DNA from: Kofleriaceae bacterium
GTDB lineage: Bacteria; Myxococcota_A; Polyangia; Haliangiales; Haliangiaceae
Reading direction: 5' to 3'
Assembly: GCA_964203225.1 (NCBI GenBank)
Contig: CAXNMK010000002.1
Location: 609,664-673,663 of the forward strand
Length of the DNA: 64,000 nt
The position numbers were made by a program, and so were the translations under genes. Each line of letters starts with the position of its first letter. Within the stretch, counting starts at the first letter, position 1. The notes under the pieces are model-generated. The model saw only the letters and a list, made by a program, of their open reading frames with translations, was not told the DNA's origin and did not search any database. Positions 28,534 to 38,600 of the stretch are shown here, one piece after another.

Positions 28534-29280
28534 TCACGGGTGGCGCTGCTCGAGGTACATCCGCAGCGCGAACGCGCCCGCGGGGGTCGCGCGCCACGCC
28601 CGCACCTGCGCGCGGCCGGCGGCCGGGAACGCGTCGAGCGGCGCCGGCGGCACCGGATGCCCGTCGGGCAGCAGTACGGGCGCGGCGAGCGCGGCGAACG
28701 TGAGGTCCGCAATCGAGAACCGCTTGCCGACGAGGAACCGGCGCCCATCGGCGAGCAGGGCGCTGATCTTGGCGAGTTGCTCGTCGATCTTGACGCGCGA
28801 GCGCTCGGCGCCGGCGGCGTCGATCTTGAGGCCGCGCTTGAGCAGGCCCACGGCGACCGGGCGCGCCACCCGCAGCGCGATCTGCTGCCAGCGCGGCGTG
28901 GTCTTCGCGAGCGCGTGCAGGATCTCCGGGCGCGGCAGCAGCTGGTAGTAGCCCCACCGGCGGGTCGCCGGCCCGAGCTGCGCGCCGAGCTCGTCCTCGA
29001 GCGCACGCGCGGCGGCGCGATCGTCCGGATCGCCCGGCAGCAGCGCTCCCGGCGTCAGGTGGTCCGCCCACGTCACGATGTCGAGCGAGTCGCCGAGCAC
29101 CACGCCGTCGCCGGTGACGAGGGCCGGCACGGTGCGGCCGGCGCCCGCGCGGCGGTTGGCGAGGTTGTGGAAGATCGGCAGGCTGCCTTCCTCCGTGAAC
29201 GGGATCCGGCTGCGCTCGAGCGCCCATCGCGCCTTCTCGCAGTAGTGGGAGAACGGGATCGTCAGCAGCCGGGCAGTCAT
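28534..29280 (-). CDS. glutathione S-transferase family protein
   Basis: The ATG at 29280 gives MTARLLTIPFSHYCEKARWALE (GST N-terminal thioredoxin-like fold). It is convergent with the phosphoesterase gene. Confidence 0.75.
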   Translation of the reverse strand: MTARLLTIPFSHYCEKARWALERSRIPFTEEGSLPIFHNLANRRAGAGRTVPALVTGDGVVLGDSLDIVTWADHLTPGALLPGDPDDRAAARALEDELGAQLGPATRRWGYYQLLPRPEILHALAKTTPRWQQIALRVARPVAVGLLKRGLKIDAAGAERSRVKIDEQLAKISALLADGRRFLVGKRFSIADLTFAALAAPVLLPDGHPVPPAPLDAFPAAGRAQVRAWRATPAGAFALRMYLEQRHP

Positions 29281-29359
29281 GGTGGTCACGATACGCGAGG
29301 CTCGGTCCCACGGGGCGCGGCCTGGCGGTCCGCGCGCCAGGGCTCGCCAGGGTCGTCGC

Positions 29360-29698
29360 TCAGCCCGGCGGGCGGCACACCGCGCCCGGACCATCGGCGA
29401 CGGTGATGCACGCCGTGCCGTCGGGGCAGCCCTTGCCGTCGGCACAGGTGACCTCGCAGCTGGTGAACGCGGGGCCGCGCGGGCCGGCGATCCCGTGATA
29501 GGTCACGCAGCTGCCGGCGGCGCACGTGCCGTCGGCGGCGCACGGCTGGCCGAGCTTCGCGAGGTCGAGCGCGGGCGGTGCGGGTTCGGGCAGTGAGGGC
29601 TCGGTGACCGGCGCGGGCGGCGTGGTGGACGTGGCGGGCGGGGTGGCGCCGCCGCACGCGGCGAGCAGCACGGTGGCGAGGCAGGCGAGGCGAACCAT
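29360..29698 (-). CDS. small Cys-rich lipoprotein
   Basis: It has a lipobox (LLAACGG) and 10 Cys in 112 aa. The ATG is at 29698. Confidence 0.5.
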   Translation of the reverse strand: MVRLACLATVLLAACGGATPPATSTTPPAPVTEPSLPEPAPPALDLAKLGQPCAADGTCAAGSCVTYHGIAGPRGPAFTSCEVTCADGKGCPDGTACITVADGPGAVCRPPG

Positions 29699-29712
29699 GC
29701 GCGCAGCGTAGC

Positions 29713-30858
29713 TCACCGCCGCGCCATCGCCCCGCGCATCAGGTCGACGAACCCGCCCTGGCCCTCGGCGAGCATCGCATCCAGCTCCTGGCCGACGGCG
29801 CGCACCTGCGGGCGCTTGCCGAGCGCGAGCACCGCGGCGATCTGGATCGTGATCAGCATCGACAGCCGGATCCCGGCCATGCCCGCCCAGCCGCCGGCGC
29901 CGAACGCCAGCACCCCGAACCGCAGCAGGGTGCCGAGCGGCTCGGCGACGTCGTTGAACATCCGTCGCGGGGGCGCCAGGGCGGACGCACCGCGCCGGGC
30001 CAGCGCCTTGCTCGCGGGCGCGGACTCGTCGGGGCGCGGCGTGCTCCGGGCGAGCAGCGCCACGACCTCGCGCGCGCGCTGCGGGCGCTTGTCGGGATCC
30101 GGATCGGTCATCGCCGCGAGCGCGTCGCGCAGCACGGGCTCGAGGTGGGGCAGGTGGCGCGCGAGGTCCATGCGCAGGCCCTTGCGCGGGACGTCCTCGG
30201 GCTCCACGCCGCCGGCAAGCGCGACGATGGTGGCGCCGAGCGCGTACAGGTCGGTTGCGGGCACCGCCTGGCCGTGGAGCTGCTCGGGGGCCATGTAGCC
30301 AAACGTGCCGACGATCGTCGAGCCACCCTTGTCGCGGGCGGCATCGAGGACGCCGCCGAAATCGACGATCGCCACCCGGCCGTCCGGCGCGCGGACGATG
30401 TTCGACGGCTTGAGATCGCGGTGGATCACCGCGGGCGCGCGGGTGTGGAGGTAGTCGAGGATCTCCAGGCAGCGGACCAGCACGTCGCGGAGCTCGAGCT
30501 CCGAGAATCGCCGGCGCGCCGCGATCGCGCTCAGGTCCTCGCCGGGCGCGCGCTGCATCACCAGGTTGAACGTGCCGGGCGGCTCCTCGATGGTGGCGAA
30601 CAGGCGCGGCACGCCGGCGTGGCGGAGCTGCCCGAGCACCTTGCCCTCGCGCTCGAACAGCTCGAACGACTTCCACGTGCCGCGCGGGGTCAGGCGCTTG
30701 ACGATCACCTCGCGCTCGGCGGCGACCTTCGCCTGGGTGTCCTGCGCGAGGAAGATGTCGCCCTGCGACCCCTTGCCGAGGCGCGGCCCGAGCCGGAACC
30801 GGCCGCCGAGGAGCGGTCCGTCGAACACACCTGCCATGACGCTCGCCCAGCGTGGCAC
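29713..30858 (-). CDS. Ser/Thr protein kinase with a C-terminal TM anchor
   Basis: The motifs are [28 protein letters not shown] and APEQ. A hydrophobic helix lies near the C-terminus. Confidence 0.9.
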   Translation of the reverse strand: MPRWASVMAGVFDGPLLGGRFRLGPRLGKGSQGDIFLAQDTQAKVAAEREVIVKRLTPRGTWKSFELFEREGKVLGQLRHAGVPRLFATIEEPPGTFNLVMQRAPGEDLSAIAARRRFSELELRDVLVRCLEILDYLHTRAPAVIHRDLKPSNIVRAPDGRVAIVDFGGVLDAARDKGGSTIVGTFGYMAPEQLHGQAVPATDLYALGATIVALAGGVEPEDVPRKGLRMDLARHLPHLEPVLRDALAAMTDPDPDKRPQRAREVVALLARSTPRPDESAPASKALARRGASALAPPRRMFNDVAEPLGTLLRFGVLAFGAGGWAGMAGIRLSMLITIQIAAVLALGKRPQVRAVGQELDAMLAEGQGGFVDLMRGAMARR

Positions 30859-30904
30859 GAGCCGGGGCGCGTCACCAGGGCACGGGCGTACCCTGGACGG
30901 ACGT

Positions 30905-31012
30905 CCCTCACGGGGCGCCGTCCATGCCCCTCGCGGGGCGCCGTCCCCGCCCCTCGCGGGGCGCCGTCCCCGCCCCTCGCGGGGCGCTGTCCCGGCCCCT
31001 CGCGGCGCGCCT
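30905..31012. repeat. about 24-bp tandem repeat (CTCGCGGGGCGCCGTCCCCGCCCC) x~4.5
   Basis: Imperfect head-to-tail copies lie between the MVP-like stop (31022) and the kinase start (30858). Confidence 0.8.
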
Positions 31013-31021
31013 CCCGCGCGT

Positions 31022-33480
31022 TCACCCCGTGGGGAGCGCGTGCCCGTTCGAGGGGACCGTCCGCGCCTGGACCCGGGCGATCACGCCCTCGAGCGGCGTG
31101 CCCGCGAACACCTTGTCGATCACGTCGGTCAGCGTCTTGCCGCCGACGAACGCCTGCACGCTCATCGCCTCGGCGACCTTGGCGAGCGTGTCCGCGTTGG
31201 ACAGCGCCAGCAGCGCCTCGCTGAACCCACCCTGCGCGGCGCCGAACCGGGCCACCGCGGCGTCGACCTCCGCGCGCAGCGCCTCGAGCACCAGCCCCTG
31301 GCGGGCGCGCGCGATCGCGCCCTCGTGCTGGGCGCGCGCCTGATCCCGCGCGAGCTGGGCGCCGTGCTCGGCATCGACGATCGCGCTGCGGGCGAGCGCG
31401 GCCTCGCGCTGGCGGGCGGCCTGCTCGAGCTCGGCCGCGAGCTGCGCGAGCCCGACGCGCAGGCGATCCCCGGTGGCCGCGACCTCGAGCTCGGCGAGCC
31501 GGCGGCCGGTGTCCGCGCGCGCCTCGGCCTCGCCGCGCGCGATCGCCTCGCGCCGCGCGGTCAGCTCGAGGCCGCGGGTGGCGCGCAGGAGGTTGATGCT
31601 GGCCTCCACGGCCTCGTGCTGCGCGTCGCCGAGCAGCGCCGCGATCGCTGGGTCCTCGATGTCGACGCCGAGCACCTCGACGTCGGTGACCCGCATCCCG
31701 ATCTCGGGGAACCACATCCCCGGACGTACGACGGGCATGACGTCCGTGACGTCCGGCGCGGTGGACGGCGCAAGAGCGCGCCCGAGGATCGCGTCGCGCA
31801 CGAGATCCACGGCGTGCGCGTAGAACCCCTCGATGGGGTGGCGCTTGGCGCTGCCCTTGAGCACCGAGCGCACGTGATCGCACAGCAGCTTCACGTAGTT
31901 CTCCACCTCGAACCAGCGCGCGGGCTCGCCCTCGAACGACACCCGCATCGCGTAGCCGAGCGCGACCTCCACGTGATCGGCGGTCTCGACCACGCAGCGA
32001 TCGCTGACCTTGTTGCCCAGCACCCGCAGGTACACGGTCTCGACCAGGCGCTCGGTGGTCTTGGGCGTGCCGGTGGACAGCTGCACCATCTCGAGGGTCT
32101 CGTCGTACGCGAGGATCAGGTTCTGCGGCCCCTGCTCCACGCGCCGGCGGCCCTGCTTGTCGACGACCATCACCGCGTAGCCGACCCACACGCCGACCGC
32201 GGGCGCGCCCTCGAACCGGGTGTCGATCATGAGCGTGCGCGGCTTGGTGAACGTGTTCGAGCGGTCGACCGCCTCGAACGAGGGCGCGGTGGTGCCCGGC
32301 GCGTGCGCGGCCTCGGCCGGGACCGGCGCGCCATCGGCGTGGCGCAGCGCGCGGTTGTGCGCGAGCACCTCGGCGTTGCCCGGGTACCAGGTGGCGCACT
32401 CGCGCGCGGTCAGGGCGCGGCGGACGATCACCTCCTCGACGGGGTTGGGCAGCAGCATCGCGGGTCCGCGCACCGTGCGGATCGCGCCGGTCTGCTTGTT
32501 CATCACGTAGCGCGCCTCGCCGGCGGGGACCGCCACCGCGAAGTGCTTGTCGTGCCCGTCGGAGCGCACCAGCGCGTGCTCCTCGCGCGGGAAGTAGATC
32601 GCGGTCTGCTTGCCGGTGATGAACAGCTCGTCGCCGACGTGCCGGGCCACGCCGTCCTCGGTGTACGGGGCGATCACCTTGACGTGCAGGCCCTGGATCT
32701 CGGACAGCTCGATCGCGCGGAACTTGCGGGCGCCGCCCTGCGTGATCACCGCCTCGGTGGGCGCGGGGAACACCACCTGCGGCCCGCGCTCGTAGCGCTT
32801 CTTGCCGCTCTCGTCGACGAGGATGCAGTACTCGAGGCGCTCGAGCGTGAGCGCCTCGCGCACCCACGCGCCGGGCTCGTCGGGCACCACGCCCACGCCG
32901 GTCGGCGGGATGTAGAACGACACGTCCGTGCCCTTGATCAGCAGCAGCTTGCCGACGGTGAGGTCCGCGGGGACGCGCACGACCGGGGCGCCGCATCGGG
33001 CTCCCCGGCCGCCGGCTTGATCACCGCCTCGCCCCAGCTCCGGCGCGCCTCGTCCTCGTTGTAGACGCGCACGAGCAGGTACTGGTTCGAGCGCAGGTGG
33101 TGGCCCTGCACGAGCTGCACGAGCTGACCGGGCCACAGCGCGAATGCGCACGGGCCGGTGATGTTGATCTTGCGGCCGACGAGCAGGTCCGGCGACGGGT
33201 ACACGCCGCCCGCCGCCGGGTGCTCCTGCTTGGCGGCGGGGTTCTTGAGGATCAGGTAGAAGCCCTCCGGCGCGATCGCGATCTGCTGGACCGCGTCCTC
33301 GAGGGAGCACGGCGCGAACTGCTTGGTGTCCGGATCGAACACCACCGGCCGCTCCTGCGCGGTCGGGTTGATCACCGTCGGGCCGGTGTACGTCTTGACG
33401 ATCCCCTTGGTGACGTCTTGCATGTAGGCGTACTCGGTCGGGGCGAGGACCAGATCGCGCTTGGTGGTTCGGTCGTCCAT
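31022..33480 (-). pseudogene. major vault protein (MVP) homolog; apparent 1-nt frameshift near 32985-32992 (a C4 run where a C5 run is expected)
   Basis: The gene starts with ATG at 33480 with a GGAGGG SD. N-terminal MVP repeats are present ([49 protein letters not shown]...YLLVRV). The reading frame then shifts by one and continues with the shoulder-domain hallmark VVETADHVEVALGYAMRVSFE (compare MVP [22 protein letters not shown]) and an Ala/Glu/Arg-rich cap-helix-like coiled coil. The total is about 815 aa across two frames (ORFs 32938..33759 and 31022..33559). Confidence 0.8.
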
Positions 33481-33679
33481 GCGTTTCCCTCCGTTCAAGA
33501 ACGTGACCAGCCGCAGGTGCGCGAGCGCCCGTGCCGCACGAGCCCGGGCGCTGCTCCATCGGCGAGCACCTGCGTCAGCGTGGAGCGGCCTGCGCCGTGC
33601 TGGCGCAGCGTCCCTCGTCCTGGCGCTGATGCACCGGCATGGCGGATCGTCGCGGCGTCGATCGCGGTTCGATCGCGCG

Positions 33680-34516
33680 TCAGTCGGCGTACGGCGCGAA
33701 CGCCGCGCGCGAGCTGCGGCCGCGGTTGAGCGCGGCGAGCTCGGCGGCGGTGAACGCATCGGGGGTGCCCGCGGGCAGGCGCGCGCGGATGAACCCGATC
33801 ACCAGGCGGCGGGCAGCGGCGCCGGCCTCCGCGATCGCGTCGCTGTCGCTGCCCGGCTCGGCGCACTCGTCCCACAGCTCGAACAGCGCGCGCCGGCGGG
33901 CCGCCGGCTCGGACACCGTCGCCCACAGCACGTCGAGGTTGCGCTGCACGTGGGCGGGCGCCTGCGCGAGCTGCGCGGCGCGATGGCGCGTGCCGATCAT
34001 CACGCGCTCGTCGCGGGTGGCGTCGAGGAACGCGAGCTTCTTCGACGCGTACGGGTCCTGGCCGTGGCGGCGCATCAGCGCGTCGGTGATGTCGAAGCCG
34101 CCGCCGATGATCGCCACGGTCTGGCCATGATCGGGGCGGGTGTCCGCGCCGGTCACGTTCTGATCCTGGCGCCGGGATGCGCCATCGGCGGGCACCGTGC
34201 CGAGCGTGCCGACCGGCCTGGTGTCGTTCTCGTACCAGGCCGCGATCGCGCGGCCCAGCTGCCGCGGGCGCGGCAGCGCGACGTGGATCTGGAAGTTGCG
34301 GCGGTCCTTGAGCGACACCGAGCCATCGCGCTCCACGGTGGCGGTGAACACGCCCTCGTCGGCGCGGTGGCGGCCGTGCCCGGACGGCGCGAGCTTCCCG
34401 GTCTCGAGGTGGGGATCAGCGGTCGGCGCGGTGCCGGCGGGCGCGTGGTCGAGGTCATCCCACCGGCCGGTCGGCAGGGCGCCGGGAGCCAGCGTCACGT
34501 CGCCCGGCCGCCGCAT
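33680..34516 (-). CDS. hypothetical protein; possibly the C-terminal domain of a TM-anchored protein starting at 34971
   Basis: The composition is normal from the Met at 34516 to the stop at 33680. The other frame (34495..34971) has a real-looking N-terminus with a TM helix (LALSAAAHVVLVVWVGV) that loses coding character near a (CTGCCG)x3 repeat at about 34647-34665, where this frame gains it. This suggests one gene with a frameshift. Confidence 0.4.
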   Translation of the reverse strand: MRRPGDVTLAPGALPTGRWDDLDHAPAGTAPTADPHLETGKLAPSGHGRHRADEGVFTATVERDGSVSLKDRRNFQIHVALPRPRQLGRAIAAWYENDTRPVGTLGTVPADGASRRQDQNVTGADTRPDHGQTVAIIGGGFDITDALMRRHGQDPYASKKLAFLDATRDERVMIGTRHRAAQLAQAPAHVQRNLDVLWATVSEPAARRRALFELWDECAEPGSDSDAIAEAGAAARRLVIGFIRARLPAGTPDAFTAAELAALNRGRSSRAAFAPYAD

Positions 34517-34983
34517 GTGCAGCCACGGCGACGGGCTGGTGGGCGGGCGCGCGGGCGGGGTGTCTGCGCCCGGCGCGGTGCCGGGGGCCGTCGCGGTCGC
34601 GGCGAGGCGGGCGGTGGGCGCGCGGCGCACGCGGCCGGGGTCCGGCGGCAGCGGCAGCGGCAGATGGCGGCGGTCGCGGCGGCGTCGAGGAACGCGAGCT
34701 CGACGGGCGCGGCCTCGTCGACGGCGGGCGGGGGCGGCGCGGTGAGCTCGATCAGCTCGATCCGGGGCGCCGGCGGCCGGGGCGGGGGCGCCTCGGCGCG
34801 CACGCCCACCCACACCACCAGCACCACGTGGGCGGCGGCCGAGAGCGCGAGGGCATCCGGGAGCGGCCGCACCGTGGGTCTGACCGGTCCACCGCGGAAT
34901 TCGTTGTCTGGCCGCCGAAACCCGGCGATCCGCCCGACACCTCCCGGACGTGCGATGACAGTCCCGGGCATGGAGAGGCGACG

Positions 34984-35601
34984 ATGATCGTGGCGCTGCT
35001 GGCGCGGTTGTTCCGGACCCGCGGGGACCTGCCCGCCGCCCGGGCGGGTGATCGGGTGGCGATCGGCCGACTGTACGACGCCCACGTCGACGGCCTGTAC
35101 GCGTTCGTGTTCTACCGGGTCGGCCGCGAGGCCGCGCTCGCGGAGGACGTGGTGCAGGAGACGTTCGCGCTCGCCCTGTCCCGCGAGGCCGCGTACGACC
35201 CGGCCCGCGGCTCGGTCGGGAGCTGGCTGACCACGCTGTCGCGCAACGTGATCCGCGATCACCTGCGCGAGCACCGGCGCACCGACGACCTCGCCGACGC
35301 GTGGGAGCGGATCGACGCCACCCTCGCGCAGACGTTCGCCGCGATGGCCGAGCACCCGCTACCCGGCGAGGTCCTCGAGCGCGCCGAGACCCGCGACCTC
35401 GTGCACATGGCGGTCGCCCACCTGCCGGAGCAGTACCGCACCGCGCTGTCGCGCAAGTACGTCGATGGCGAGAGCCTCGAGACGCTCGCGGGCGAGCTCG
35501 GCCTGTCCATCAGCGCCACCAAGTCACTCCTCGCCCGCGCCCGCCGCGCGTTCCGCGACACGTTCGCGACGCTGACGGCGCACCTCTCGGAGGCCGCATG
35601 A
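34984..35601 (+). CDS. ECF (sigma-70 family) RNA polymerase sigma factor
   Basis: It has the sigma-2 region (RLYDAHVDGLYAFVFYRVGREAALAEDVVQETF) and the sigma-4 region (LPEQYRTALSRKYVDGESLETLAGELGLSISATKSLLARAR). The stop overlaps the next start (ATGA). Confidence 0.85.
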   Translation: MIVALLARLFRTRGDLPAARAGDRVAIGRLYDAHVDGLYAFVFYRVGREAALAEDVVQETFALALSREAAYDPARGSVGSWLTTLSRNVIRDHLREHRRTDDLADAWERIDATLAQTFAAMAEHPLPGEVLERAETRDLVHMAVAHLPEQYRTALSRKYVDGESLETLAGELGLSISATKSLLARARRAFRDTFATLTAHLSEAA

Positions 35602-38600
35602 CCCGCACGCCCGATCCCGACGCGACCCGCGACGGCAGCATCCTCGATCGCAACGTCGAGACCCTGCTCGAGACCGGCGGCGATCCGCCGCGCATCGGCG
35701 ATGACGCGCGCCGCCGGATCCGCGCCGAGCTGTTCCACCGCCACGGCGCGGCCACCCCCGCGCGCGGCCTCCGCACGCCCGTGATCGCGATCGCCCTCGG
35801 CCTCGCGGCCACCGTCGTCGCGGCGCTTCTCGTCACGCGCCTGGTCGGCGGCAGCGTCGCGCCCGCGAGCCCGAGCACCCCCGGCGCGCTCGCCGATGGC
35901 TCGACGTGGATCCCCGGCCCCGGGGGCACGGTCACGCTGCTCGGCGCGCGCCGCGTGCGGGTGGAGGGCGCCGTGCTGCTCGACATTGCCCCCGCCCCCG
36001 CCCTTGCCCCCGCCCCCGCCCTCGCCCCCGCCCTTGCCCCCGCCCCCGCCCTTGCCCCCGCCCCCGCCCTTGCCCCCGCCCCCGCGTGCCCCCGGTCACG
36101 GCACGTTCGTCGTCGAGACCGCGCGCGGCCGCATCGAGGTGCTCGGCACGCGGTTCCTCGTCGATGCGTCCGCCGAGCGGACGACCGCCGCCGTGGTTCG
36201 CGGCCAGGTCAGCCTGGCCACCGGGGCCGGGCAGGTGCTGCTGCATGCCGGCGAGCAGGGCATCGCGGAGCGGCAAGGTCCGCCCACGCGCGGCCCCGCC
36301 CCGCGGCTCACTCACCTGGTGTCGTGGGCCGCGGAGGCGCGCCGCACCGCCGAGGTGGACGCCCGCCCGGCGCGCACCGGCTCGCTGTTCGCGCGGTCGC
36401 CCGCCGTGCGCGGCGACGCGCTCGGTCCCGAGGTGCCGCTGCCGCTGCGCGCGCTCGCCGTCGACGTGGTGATCGAGGATCAGGTGGCGCGCATCGCCCT
36501 CGATCAGACGTTCCACAACGCCAGCGATCAGGTGCTCGAGGGTGTGTACCGGTTCGCGATCCCGCCCGACGCCGCGCTCCAGCGGCTCGCGATGTACGTC
36601 GACGGCAAGCTCACCGAGTCCGCGGTCGTCGAGCGCATGCGCGCGCGGCGGGTCTACGAGGAGCTGGTCTACCGCCGCGTCGATCCAGCGCTGCTCGAGT
36701 GGGCGGGCGCCGGGCGGCTGTCGCTGCGCGTGTACCCGCTGCCCGCGCACCAGGACAAGCGCCTGGTGCTCGCGTACACGCAGAGCCTGACCCGCCTGTA
36801 CGGCGACTACACGCTGCGCGTGCCGATGCCCGAGATCGATCTACCCGTCGGCGAGCTCGCGCTCGACGTCACCGTGCGCGGCTGCGCGGGCTGCGAGCTG
36901 GCCTCGCCGAGCCACCAGATCCGCGTGACGAAGCAGGGCGACGACGCCCTCGTCACCTACCGCGCCACCGCCGCGACCCTCGGCGACTCGCTCGTGATCC
37001 ACGTCCGGGATCCGCGCCGCACGCCGAGCGTGGTCACCCACACCGCGGGGGCGGACCGCTACCTGCTCGTGCGGGCGCCCGCCCTGCTCCCCGCGCAGGC
37101 GCGCCCGTACCGCCCGCGCACGTGGGTGATCCTCGACGACGTCAGCGCCTCGCGCGGCGCCCCCGAGCGGGCGGCGCAGGCCGCGCTGATCGACGCGTTC
37201 ACGCGCGAGCTCGACGAGGAGGATCGCCTCGCGGTGGTGGCGTTCGACGTCACCGCCCGCACCCTGCTCTCACCGACGCGGGTCCTCGACGTCGACCGCC
37301 GCACACTCGCGACCGCGCTCGCAGACGAGGGCGAGGTCGGCGCCACCGATCTCGGCGTGGGCCTGGCCGCGGCGCTCGCGCACCTCGAGGGCGTGCGGCC
37401 CGACGACGCGATGCTCGTGTACCTCGGCGATGGGGTGCTCACCAGCGGCGGCGCCGTCCCGACCCGGCTCGATGCGCTGCGGGCGCAGGTCACCGGCAAG
37501 GCGCGGTTCGTGGGCGTGGGCGTGGGGGATGGTGCCGATCCGCAGGCCCTCGAGGCTCTCGCGGCCGCGACCGGGGGCTACGTGACCACGATCGACCTCG
37601 CCGACGACCTCGGCTGGCGCGCGTTCGATCTGGTCGCGGCGCTGCACACCACCCGGGTCACCGGGCTCGGCGCCCGCCTCGTCGATGCCGCGGGTGCGCG
37701 GGTCCCGGCGACGGCGTACCTGCGTGCGACGCAGCTCGCCGAGGGGGAAGAGCTCGAGCTCGTCGCGCAGCTCGTGGGCGCGGCGGCGCCGGTCGCGCTC
37801 GAGCTGACCGGCTCGATCGAGGGCACGCCCTGGTTGCAACGGATCGCCCTCCCGTCCGGCGCGGGGGCCCGCGCGGGCTACCTGCCGCGGCTGTGGGCGC
37901 AGCGCCACATCGCCGCGCGGCTGCTCGCCAAGCACGAGCCCGTGATCGTCCCGCCGTGCGTGAACGCCGCGCGCTGCCCCACCGAGGCCCAGCTGCGCGA
38001 GCAGCGCGACGAGGCGATCCGCCAGGAGGTGGTCGCGCTCGGCAAGCGCGAGTTCCTGCTGTCGCGGCACACGTCGTTGCTCGTCCTCGAGAACGACGCG
38101 ATGTACGCGACCTACGGCGTGACCAGGGGCGCCGGCGACACCTGGGCCCCGTACGCCCTGCCGGCGACCATCCCCGTGGTCGCGACCCGGCCGACCGGGA
38201 TCCCGGCGGACGTCGCGGCCGATGCCGAGCTGGTGCGCGCGCCGCTCGAGCCGTTCGCGAGCCCCGCCTCGACGGGGTGGGGCACGATCGGCACGCGCGA
38301 GACCGGTGGGACGCGCGGCGTCGGCTCCGGGCAGGGGTTCGGCGTCGGGTTCGGGCGCTCGGGCGTCGGGATCGGCGGCGGGGGCGCGGCGGCAGGCCCG
38401 GCCCCGAGCGCGGAGACCAGCGCCGCCAGTGGAGCCCCGTTCGCCGACATGGAGCGCCAGGCCAGGGTCGAGACCAAGGACCGGGATGTGCGCGCGGCGG
38501 AGCCCGATCTGGCCGTCGGCCTCGGGCAGCGGCCCGCGCTCGCGCAGCGGCGGCGGGTGCAGGCCGGCGAGCTGGTCGGGCTGGGTGGGCTGATCGGGAA

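Noticed and set aside
30905-36105. Tandem repeat arrays (24-bp and 18-bp) considered as CRISPR arrays
   Set aside because: The units are contiguous with no unique spacers and no cas genes nearby. They are simple tandem repeats.
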